Shown here one piece after another: positions 47,242 through 55,508 of a DNA stretch of 64,000 nt. The position numbers and the translations under genes were made by a program. Origin of the DNA: Bacteroidales bacterium (GTDB lineage Bacteria; Bacteroidota; Bacteroidia; Bacteroidales; VadinHA17). The stretch is from positions 1,486 through 65,485 of the forward strand of contig PLNF01000048.1 of NCBI GenBank assembly GCA_003141715.1, given 5' to 3'. Position 1 is the first letter of the stretch. Every line of letters starts with the position of its first letter. The notes beneath the pieces were generated by a model. That model made no database searches. It worked only from the letters and a program-made list of their open reading frames with translations, and was not told the origin of the DNA.

Positions 47242-48639
47242 TTATTTCTTGCCAGTCAGTTTCCCGTTATTCATCCACAAAGTGATTCTGCCCATCCTGT
47301 CATATGGAGGATAAGCATGCATATCACCTGTTACAAAATCCATTAACCCGTCGTTATTGAAGTCAGCTGACTCCAGCGTTAAAATGTGGGTCGGAGAACT
47401 GGCTATGTTATGAAGTACAAATTGCATGTTACCGACATTCTCCAGCCATATAAAGCTCTGAGATTCAGGTTTATCCCATAAATTAAAGGCACTTACGCAA
47501 AATATATCCAGATCTCCGTCATTATCTATGTCAACGGGCCTCGCATTATATGCCCCGATGAAAGTGCAAATCCTATGGAATTCAAAATTAAAGTTCCCCT
47601 TGTTTTCAAGCCACTGAATTCCATGCCATGGCCGACCCTGGGGAGGTATGTAATCAAAAGCGTCGCCGTTTGTATACAAGATGTCATCGTCACCATCCTT
47701 GTCCAGATCGCAAATGTAAATCCCGCTTGAACCAAAGTCTTCATTATTTGAGCCATATATCAGCTTTGAAGTGAAATTCCCTTTTCCATCATTGATGAAA
47801 CCGTAGATTTCCTCCCATTCCTGGCTGACAAGTGAGATAATGTCAAGATCTCCATCCTTATCAATATCATCTATTATAACATTAATTGGACCAGAGAGAT
47901 TCTGCAGTATATGGCTTTTAAACTGCCAGTTTCCAAGATTCTCAATCCATCGGGTTTCTCCATCATCATATCCAAATTGTGCAACAGCAAGGTCCAAATC
48001 ACCATCACCATCCAAATCACCTGCCCTGACATCTGATACACGGGCTATCTTGTCAACAACTACATGTTTTGTGAAATGATTCTTACCATCATTTTCGAGT
48101 ATGACAACTGAGCCGATTTTATCATTACTGGGAAAAATTAAGCCAAGGACAGCGACCAGAATATCATTATCTCCGTCTTTGTCAAAATCAATGACCTGAA
48201 CGTGGGCCGGTGCATTCAGACCATCAGCAATAACTGTTTCTGTATAAACACCGGCAGGAAACTGCCGGATCCAGTTAACAGAGTTGCTCTTACAATCACA
48301 AACAATGATATCCATTAATCCATCTCCATCAAGATCTGCGGCCTGAACATTTGAAATAAGCGGGGGCTCTTCAAACGTTTGTCCAACCGGAATAGGATTT
48401 AGGAAATCTATTTTAGCACCAACAGGAGTATTATCTGATTTTCCCGATACATTATCTTTTGAACCCGTTCTATTAACGATCCGTTTGATAACCTCGTTTC
48501 TGCTCATTCCTTTTTGTTTAGCCTGGTAACTAACTAACAGAAAAGGGATACCAACAATCAGGATTAAAACAATAACTAATAGTATCAGGGTTTTAAGACC
48601 TTTTTTATGATTTACATGTGGACGATTATCTTTTGGCAT
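47242..48639 (-). CDS. Membrane-anchored FG-GAP/VCBS repeat protein (7 Ca-loop repeats)
   Basis: TM LKTLILLVIVLILIVGIPFLLV. Seven D-x-D-x-D-G-x-x-D loops: DLDGDGLMD, DFDKDGDND, DLDGDGDLD, DIDKDGDLD, DLDKDGDDD, DIDNDGDLD, DFNNDGLMD. Confidence 0.8.
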   Translation of the reverse strand: MPKDNRPHVNHKKGLKTLILLVIVLILIVGIPFLLVSYQAKQKGMSRNEVIKRIVNRTGSKDNVSGKSDNTPVGAKIDFLNPIPVGQTFEEPPLISNVQAADLDGDGLMDIIVCDCKSNSVNWIRQFPAGVYTETVIADGLNAPAHVQVIDFDKDGDNDILVAVLGLIFPSNDKIGSVVILENDGKNHFTKHVVVDKIARVSDVRAGDLDGDGDLDLAVAQFGYDDGETRWIENLGNWQFKSHILQNLSGPINVIIDDIDKDGDLDIISLVSQEWEEIYGFINDGKGNFTSKLIYGSNNEDFGSSGIYICDLDKDGDDDILYTNGDAFDYIPPQGRPWHGIQWLENKGNFNFEFHRICTFIGAYNARPVDIDNDGDLDIFCVSAFNLWDKPESQSFIWLENVGNMQFVLHNIASSPTHILTLESADFNNDGLMDFVTGDMHAYPPYDRMGRITLWMNNGKLTGKK

Positions 48640-48680
48640 AAGATGTAATTTATTAATTGCAGGAAATAAAATATTAACCG

Positions 48681-48688
48681 CAAAAATA
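48681..48688 (-). promoter_or_regulatory. Candidate -7 box TATTTTTG for the FG-GAP/propeller operon
   Basis: Reverse complement of caaaaata. Lies 42 nt upstream of the ATG at 48639. Confidence 0.35.
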
Positions 48689-48803
48689 ATCTAAATGTGC
48701 TTTATGACAGCACTGCATTGAAATAAATTAATTATCATTGAAAATTATAGGATCCTAATTTTAGAAGTTGTGAAATTCAGAGTATTTAATGATATTTCTT
48801 TAG

Positions 48804-50750
48804 ATGAAAGTTAGTGGCAGACATTTTCTTAATCTCTTGATAATCTTTGGTTTTGGATTGCTACCAGCTATCTTAAGTCAGTTTTTTACAGAAAAGCCAA
48901 CCAGTCGGCATATTCATATCAGGAGTTTCCGGTATGGGAAAGATCCGTATGTAATCAGATGTAACAGAGGTGACACGCTTCATTTAACTTTTTCGACTGA
49001 CGATACCGGACATTCATTTTTTCTTCAGGAGTTTGATATTGATGTCAAAATTACTCCGTCAAGTGATGAGGTTAATGTTTTTAAAACAAGTGATCCAACC
49101 AGTAAACCTGTTATTAAAAAGGAAGTAACTCTGATTGCAAAGCATCCGGGGATTTATAATTACATAGTTTCAAAGAGTAACTATCGTTGTCATGTCTGGT
49201 GCGGGCCGATGCATGCTTTTGAGCAGGGTAAACTTATAATATTGCCGAATACACTGCTGGTCTTCAGCCTGGGTAGCCTTCTTGGGATATTATTAATCTG
49301 GTTAGTTGCAATTTTCAAAAATGTCAAACCTGAGATAAGAAGCGACAGCGAAAAAGCCGGTTATAAAGATTTACTTAAAGAATCAGGTTTTTTAAGGGGG
49401 ATTGTAGTATCAAGGTATACTCAGGCAGCTCTCACCATTATTACTATGGTCATGATTTATATTGTTATTCTGACCTCTGTTTTTGGCACCAAAGTATCTG
49501 GTAGAAACCTGGGAGTCCTTTTAATGTGGGCCGTATGGTTATTTGCACTGGTAGCAATAATTACTCCATTTTTTGGAAGATTCTGGTGTACGATCTGTCC
49601 TTTGCCCTTTTTCGGAGATCTTATCCAGAGAAAATCATTTTTTAATCCGCTTATAGGCAAAACCAAAAATTTAAACAACAAGTTTTCAGGACTTTTCCTG
49701 AAGTGGCCTGAATGGTTAAAAAATGACTGGTTAAGATTAATAGTCTTCTTGTTACTTGCGACATTTTCAACTACACTTGTCGCAACACCCTTTATTTCAG
49801 GTATTACGGTACTTATGCTGATGCTTGTTCCAACATTGATGTCAGGTATTTGGGAACTGAGGGCATTTTGTCGTTATGTATGTCCGGTGAGTGTTTTTGT
49901 AGGACCGTTTTCAAGGATGAGTACTTTGTCTCTCAGAAATAAATCTCAGGATATTTGTGATCAATGCAAGCCCCGCTATTGTGAGAATGGAAATACCAGT
50001 GGGTGGGCATGCCCGTACGGCCTTAATGTCGGCGAAATAAAGGAAAATTCTGATTGCGGGCTATGTCTCGAATGTCTGCGAAGTTGCACATATAATAATG
50101 TTTCACTCTATTCACGACCTCTTGCATCTGAAAGGGGAACCCGTAGTCTGAGTGAAGCGTGGATGACAATTGCTGCTTTTACTATTGCTATAATTTATTG
50201 CATTCTTTATCTTGGACCATGGCCTGTTGTTCGTGATTATGTAAATATACTGGATAAGCATAACTGGGGTTTATTTGGTATATATTCTCTGATAATGTGG
50301 ACATTAGTGCTGATAATAGTTCCGGGAATTATTTATCTCCTTTCTCTCCTTGGCCTCAAACTTTCAAAAATTAAAGACACTCCAATGGAAGTATTTCTTG
50401 AATTTGCCGGATCTCTTCTACCTTTTGCGCTTATGAACTGGATAGCATTTGTAATACCAATGTTATTTGTAAATGTCACTTTTATAAAGCAATCGTTATC
50501 AGATCCTTTTGGCTGGGGATGGGATTTCTTTGGCACGGCAAATACTCCATGGCACCAGTTTTTACCACAGTTTATTCCATGGTTTCAGGCAGTAGCTGTA
50601 TTGAGCGGGCTATATTTGAGCTTAAGAAATATAAGAAAGTCAAGGATGTTTTATGAATTGAATCCGAAACAGATTTTAAATATTAGTTTGCCCATAAGTC
50701 TGTTTATCACAGGAGTGGCAGTAGCCATGTTGGTTTTCTTTACCAATTAA
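48804..50750 (+). CDS. Cupredoxin-like N-terminal domain fused to a NapH/NosR-type membrane polyferredoxin
   Basis: 648 aa. N-domain motifs: GDTLHLTFSTDDTGHSF and YRCHVWCGPMHAFEQGKLIILP (C-x3-C-G-x2-H). Then a multi-TM region with WCTICPLP and FCRYVCPV (CX2-3CP motifs). Also CDQCKPRYCENG...ACPYG and CGLCLECLRSC. Confidence 0.65.
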   Translation: MKVSGRHFLNLLIIFGFGLLPAILSQFFTEKPTSRHIHIRSFRYGKDPYVIRCNRGDTLHLTFSTDDTGHSFFLQEFDIDVKITPSSDEVNVFKTSDPTSKPVIKKEVTLIAKHPGIYNYIVSKSNYRCHVWCGPMHAFEQGKLIILPNTLLVFSLGSLLGILLIWLVAIFKNVKPEIRSDSEKAGYKDLLKESGFLRGIVVSRYTQAALTIITMVMIYIVILTSVFGTKVSGRNLGVLLMWAVWLFALVAIITPFFGRFWCTICPLPFFGDLIQRKSFFNPLIGKTKNLNNKFSGLFLKWPEWLKNDWLRLIVFLLLATFSTTLVATPFISGITVLMLMLVPTLMSGIWELRAFCRYVCPVSVFVGPFSRMSTLSLRNKSQDICDQCKPRYCENGNTSGWACPYGLNVGEIKENSDCGLCLECLRSCTYNNVSLYSRPLASERGTRSLSEAWMTIAAFTIAIIYCILYLGPWPVVRDYVNILDKHNWGLFGIYSLIMWTLVLIIVPGIIYLLSLLGLKLSKIKDTPMEVFLEFAGSLLPFALMNWIAFVIPMLFVNVTFIKQSLSDPFGWGWDFFGTANTPWHQFLPQFIPWFQAVAVLSGLYLSLRNIRKSRMFYELNPKQILNISLPISLFITGVAVAMLVFFTN

Positions 50751-50840
50751 TATCCTGATCTTAAAATACACAAATTACTATTGTTGAAAAATAAATTAAT
50801 CTTAATCTGACCATTTGAACAAATTAGTCAGAGAGATTGT

Positions 50841-50848
50841 TATATTTG
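50841..50848 (+). promoter_or_regulatory. Candidate -7 box TATATTTG for the TetR gene, next to a CTGAC-N15-GTCAG palindrome
   Basis: Exact TAnnTTTG match, 16 nt upstream of ATG 50864. The sequence ctgaccatttgaacaaattagtcag lies just upstream and is a possible operator. Confidence 0.35.
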
Positions 50849-50863
50849 CAACTTTTTGAATAA

Positions 50864-51490
50864 ATGAATACTGATAAATCCGTTTCTGAGAAAAGCAACA
50901 AGGTACAGATGATAATCGAAGCTTCACAAAAGCGCTTCGGATTATATGGGATAGAGAAGACCTCAATGCGTGAAATAGCCGATGATCTTAAATTATCCAA
51001 GGCATCATTGTACTACTATTTCCCTGATAAAGAGAGTCTGTACTTTGCCGTAGTCAAAAAAGAGCAGGATGAGTTCCTTGATAAGATTTCAAAGAGAATT
51101 TTGAGTTTTCACGAGCCTGAACAATTGCTTCTTGAATACGCAAATGCTCGCCTGTCATACTTCAGAACGTTGCTGAACCTGAGCAGATTAAGACTCGAAG
51201 ATTATTCCAATCTTAAACCTGTTTTCAGGGAGACAATAATGCTTTTTAAAGAAAAGGAAAAAGAAATTATTATGAAGATTTTTGAGAAAGGAAAGAGTAA
51301 GGGAATATTCTTTATTAAAAATCCCGATGCAACTGCTTCGCTTTTTCTTGACTTGCTTAAAGGACTCAGAATTTCAGTAGTAAATGATAACAAAACCTTG
51401 ATCATTGAACAGGAAGAATTTGCCCAGCTTCTAGAAAACACAAATACTTTTACAGAAATATTTATAAATGGATTGAAATTCAAACAATAG
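50864..51490 (+). CDS. TetR/AcrR family transcriptional regulator
   Basis: N-terminal HTH region FGLYGIEKTSMREIADDLKLSKASLYYYFPDKESLY. Confidence 0.85.
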   Translation: MNTDKSVSEKSNKVQMIIEASQKRFGLYGIEKTSMREIADDLKLSKASLYYYFPDKESLYFAVVKKEQDEFLDKISKRILSFHEPEQLLLEYANARLSYFRTLLNLSRLRLEDYSNLKPVFRETIMLFKEKEKEIIMKIFEKGKSKGIFFIKNPDATASLFLDLLKGLRISVVNDNKTLIIEQEEFAQLLENTNTFTEIFINGLKFKQ

Positions 51491-51532
51491 AAAAAAGACA
51501 GTTAACAATTAAAATAAATTTAGAAAGATTTT

Positions 51533-52540
51533 ATGAAACCAGAATCAAAAAACAACCGGCTCAGAGTTTATATTCCACTTTCGTTAGTTATTCTAATAGT
51601 CCTTGGAGGTGCATGGTACTGGTACAGGGATTATTCCCATTATGTCACTACCGATGATGCTCATGTTGATGCTGACAATGTAAGTGTCAGTGCGAAGATA
51701 ATCGGCAGAATTTCTGCTATTTATGCCGATGAAGGAAATTTGGTAAAACAAGGCAGCCTTCTGGCAGTCCTGGACAGTTTCGATTTGCTTGCACAGAGAA
51801 ATCAGACTGTTGCGTTGAGAGCTCAGGCATCGGCTAATTACACACAGGCAGAGGTTAAATATAACTCTGATCAAGTGAGCCTTAAGGTTCTTGAGATAAA
51901 TCTTGAACGGGCTACAGAAGATTTGACAAGGGCCAAAAGCCAGTCAGAAGGAGGAGTTATAACTAAAGAACAATTCGACCATATTAATAAAGCTTATGAA
52001 ACTTCACTAGCTCAGCTTGAGGCAGCCAAGGCACAGTTAATGGTTTCAAAATCGATGATAAGCAGTGCATCGGCTGCAGTCGAAACAACTATAGCACAAA
52101 TTAAAGTTCTTGATACCCAGCTTAAAAATACCAGGCTTTATGCTCCTGCTGATGGGATCATTGCTAAAAGATGGCTTCTTCCAGGGGATGTCGTTCAGCC
52201 AAGTCAGTCAGTTTTCACAATGACCATAAGTAAGAATCTATGGGTAGTGGCATTTCTTGAGGAGACAAAAATTTCAAGCATTCGCATAGGTCAAAGCGTA
52301 AGATTTAGTATAGATGCTTTTCCGAGAGTAAGATTCAGTGGTAAAGTATTCCTTGTTGGTTCCAACACTGCATCTGTATTTTCATTGATCCCTGCAAATA
52401 ATGCTTCAGGTAATTTTACCAAGGTTACTCAACGTATACCAGTCAGGATTTCAATTGAAAAGGCAGAAAATGGTAAAGAATTATCCTCATTCAATATTTT
52501 ATCCGGAATGTCTGCTGTTGTAAAGATTATTAAAAACTAA
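51533..52540 (+). CDS. HlyD/EmrA-family membrane fusion protein
   Basis: Single N-terminal TM, then YVTTDDAHVDADNVSVSAKIIGRI, a long coiled-coil and a C-terminal beta domain. Precedes the MFS pump. Confidence 0.8.
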   Translation: MKPESKNNRLRVYIPLSLVILIVLGGAWYWYRDYSHYVTTDDAHVDADNVSVSAKIIGRISAIYADEGNLVKQGSLLAVLDSFDLLAQRNQTVALRAQASANYTQAEVKYNSDQVSLKVLEINLERATEDLTRAKSQSEGGVITKEQFDHINKAYETSLAQLEAAKAQLMVSKSMISSASAAVETTIAQIKVLDTQLKNTRLYAPADGIIAKRWLLPGDVVQPSQSVFTMTISKNLWVVAFLEETKISSIRIGQSVRFSIDAFPRVRFSGKVFLVGSNTASVFSLIPANNASGNFTKVTQRIPVRISIEKAENGKELSSFNILSGMSAVVKIIKN

Positions 52541-52542
52541 GA

Positions 52543-54165
52543 ATGGAAAAACGGAGAACACCTTCCCATCATATCCGGATGCTTGTAAGGGGAAGCAATT
52601 CAGCTTTTCATCCTAAACATCTGTCGTACAAATGGTTTTTGCTTGCCAATGTCATGCTCGGTACCTTTATGGCGGTTCTTGATGCTACAATAGTGAATGT
52701 CGGCTTGCCGAAAATTATGGCATCATTTGGAGTGGGTCTTGATAAAATTGAATGGGTTATAACGGCATATATGCTGGCTATGGCTGTTGCGCTTCCTACT
52801 TCGGGCTGGCTTGCAGATAAATTTGGTTATAAGAGGTTGTATTTCATCGGATTATTCCTTTTCACATTAGGGTCAATGTTATGTGGAAGATCTTCGGATG
52901 AAAACATGCTGATAGCATCAAGAGTTATTCAGGGATTAGGTGCGGGGACAATTCAGCCGCTTGGCATGGCAATTATTTCACGGGAATTTCCACCTCACCA
53001 AAGAGGCCTTGCACTCGGATTCTGGGGAATTGCAGCCGCAGCATCAGTCTCATTCGGGCCGCTAATTGGTGGTTTTCTGATCGACCGTTTCAACTGGCCC
53101 CTGATTTTTGATGTAAATATACCGATTGGAATATTAGCCATGTTGTTCACTATTATTATACAAAGCGAATATATAAACAGGCAGGCAAGAAAGTTCGATA
53201 TAGTCGGATTCATTTCAGTGACTATATTTCTTCCGTTGACATTATATGCACTATCTCAGGGGAATGCAGCTACAAACTCGGCAGGGTGGCACGCCACGTA
53301 TATACTAGTATGTGGCGCAATTGCCTTTATTGCTCTGGCGGTTTTTATTACCGCAGAATTAACAATAAAAGAACCGCTTTTAGATCTGAGGCTCCTCATG
53401 AATCATAATTTTGGCATCGCAAATATTATTTTGGTTATTTTCAGTCTTGGGATGTTCGGAAGCACATTTCTTTTGCCTGTTTATCTTCAGAATTCCATGG
53501 GTTATACTGCTCTGCAGGCGGGTTCTGTATTTCTTCCAGTCGGTATTATACAAGGAATAATGGCTCCTATTTCCGGGAGGATTTCCGACAAGATAAGTCC
53601 AAAATTTCCCCTTTTTATAGGCGTAATCCTGTTTGCCTTTAGTTTCTACCTTAATTCAAATCTGTCATGGCTTACTGAGCTTAAATTCATTATGCTCTCG
53701 TTATATCTCAGAGGATTTGCCATGGGACTGATGTTCACTGCACTGACCACAGTATCACTATTGGAAATTCCACGTGAAAAGATGGCACAGGCCTCGGCAA
53801 TAACCAATTCTATCAGGCAACTTGGTGGAAGTCTGGGTGTTGCATTGCTTGCCACCTTGTTATCATCAAGAGTCACCTATCATACTCAGATTTTTGGTGG
53901 GGCGATTAAACCCAGCTCTGAGATTTATCAGCAGACAGTAAGCAAAATGAAATATTATCTTCAATACGAAGCAGGAAGTTCACCTGCAGATGCCAACAGG
54001 CAAAGCCAGGCTTTGCTTCTTTCAAATCTCAATAAACAGGCTTATATCCAGGGTATTGATGATGATTTCCTACTGGCAGGTATTATAACTCTTATGGGAG
54101 GGATCCCGATAATTTTTCTGCATACAAAAAAATTAAAAATTAAAAATCTTCCGGCAAATGAATAA
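52543..54165 (+). CDS. MFS transporter, DHA2 (EmrB/QacA, 14-TMS) family
   Basis: 540 aa. LDATIVNVGLPKI, GWLADKFGYKRLY and a many-TM profile. Confidence 0.8.
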   Translation: MEKRRTPSHHIRMLVRGSNSAFHPKHLSYKWFLLANVMLGTFMAVLDATIVNVGLPKIMASFGVGLDKIEWVITAYMLAMAVALPTSGWLADKFGYKRLYFIGLFLFTLGSMLCGRSSDENMLIASRVIQGLGAGTIQPLGMAIISREFPPHQRGLALGFWGIAAAASVSFGPLIGGFLIDRFNWPLIFDVNIPIGILAMLFTIIIQSEYINRQARKFDIVGFISVTIFLPLTLYALSQGNAATNSAGWHATYILVCGAIAFIALAVFITAELTIKEPLLDLRLLMNHNFGIANIILVIFSLGMFGSTFLLPVYLQNSMGYTALQAGSVFLPVGIIQGIMAPISGRISDKISPKFPLFIGVILFAFSFYLNSNLSWLTELKFIMLSLYLRGFAMGLMFTALTTVSLLEIPREKMAQASAITNSIRQLGGSLGVALLATLLSSRVTYHTQIFGGAIKPSSEIYQQTVSKMKYYLQYEAGSSPADANRQSQALLLSNLNKQAYIQGIDDDFLLAGIITLMGGIPIIFLHTKKLKIKNLPANE

Positions 54166-55501
54166 CCAAATAATCAGAAAATCAATTCTTCCCTGCTTAA
54201 TACTGGTATTATTTTTTAATAACATTATTGTTGGCCAGATTAATATTGACACTAAAGTGAATGCATCCACCGATTCCTTAACATTGAAAAATGTAATTGA
54301 TCGCGTTGTTGCTTCATATCCGTCAGTAATGGTTGCTAAAGAAACAATAAATAACGCAGATGCAAGAATCGGATTAGCGAAAACCAACTATAATCCGGTA
54401 GTTGATTTGACTGCTAGTTTTGCCAACCTGGCACCTGTTATTAAATTTACTTTTCCAGAGCTAGGGACTTTCCAGCTTTATCCCAATAACAATTATTCTG
54501 CATCCATAAATTACGAGCAGCTGGTTTATGATTTCGGCCGAACGCGCCAGAATATTGAACTTGAAAATGCAAACAAGGCAGTCGGGGAAAAGACACTCGA
54601 GCAGGTAAAACAACAATTATCACTTTTTACGGTTAATAATTTTTATAATCTGGTTTTTTTGCAGACAGCAATAAAAATTAAAGATGAGGAGTTAGACGCA
54701 TTAAATGAACACCTGCAATATATTGAAAAAATGATGGCCACCGGTTCAGCCACAGAATACCAGGTTCTTTCAACAAAAGTAAAAATATCGACAGTAGAGA
54801 GTCAGAAGGTTGACCTTGGTGCATCGCTTATTTCACAGCAGGCATCTTTAAACTCGTTGCTTGGTAATGATCAGGTTACTAATCCTGTTGTAAAAAACGA
54901 ACTTTTTATTGATCCGCCGGTCATCCCTTCAGATTCAATATTATCCTACGCTTTTCATAACAGGGATGAAGTGTTGATTAATGAAAAGAAAACTTCACTT
55001 GCTGAATTGAGATATGATCTGACAAAATTGCAGAATAAACCCTTGCTAAGTTTTGAGGCATCTGCCGGAGCAAAAAACGGATATATTCCCGACCTGAATA
55101 AGTTCACGCCAAATTATGTCTTAGGTCTTGGGCTAAGGGTTCCACTTTTCGACGGCATGAAAAATAAGTATAATCTTTCACAGGCTCAATCGGCAATAAC
55201 TTCTCTGTCCTATGAATCTGAATTTACAAAACGTAAAATCTCAAACGAGGTTTATGAGGCCGAAGCATATATGTTTGCTGCAAAGAAAAAAATCAGTCAG
55301 TTTGAGCTTCAGCTCAGGCAGGCATTAAAAGCATTTTCACTTGCTGAAACAAGTTTTAGATCCGGGGTAATTACGAACCTTGATCTTTTGGATGCAAGTA
55401 CTGCCGTTTCTGAAAGCAGGTTGAATCTTCTCAAATCAAGAATTGATTATGCAGCAAGTGTTTATAAGCTTAAAGCAGCATTAGGTGAAAGGATTTATTG
55501 A
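54158..55501 (+). CDS. TolC-family outer membrane efflux protein
   Basis: 447 aa with a signal peptide. Two-repeat coiled-coil/beta pattern. 8-nt overlap with the MFS gene. Confidence 0.75.
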   Translation: MNNQIIRKSILPCLILVLFFNNIIVGQINIDTKVNASTDSLTLKNVIDRVVASYPSVMVAKETINNADARIGLAKTNYNPVVDLTASFANLAPVIKFTFPELGTFQLYPNNNYSASINYEQLVYDFGRTRQNIELENANKAVGEKTLEQVKQQLSLFTVNNFYNLVFLQTAIKIKDEELDALNEHLQYIEKMMATGSATEYQVLSTKVKISTVESQKVDLGASLISQQASLNSLLGNDQVTNPVVKNELFIDPPVIPSDSILSYAFHNRDEVLINEKKTSLAELRYDLTKLQNKPLLSFEASAGAKNGYIPDLNKFTPNYVLGLGLRVPLFDGMKNKYNLSQAQSAITSLSYESEFTKRKISNEVYEAEAYMFAAKKKISQFELQLRQALKAFSLAETSFRSGVITNLDLLDASTAVSESRLNLLKSRIDYAASVYKLKAALGERIY

Positions 55502-55508
55502 TATCCAA

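Noticed and set aside
29615-50750. Reading the locus as a canonical nos (N2O reductase) or mau (methylamine dehydrogenase) cluster
   Set aside because: No protein combines a propeller with a C-terminal CuA domain as NosZ does. No NosD/NosY/NosL-like or MauA-like Cys-rich small subunit of the right size is recognisable. Only the accessory logic is similar.
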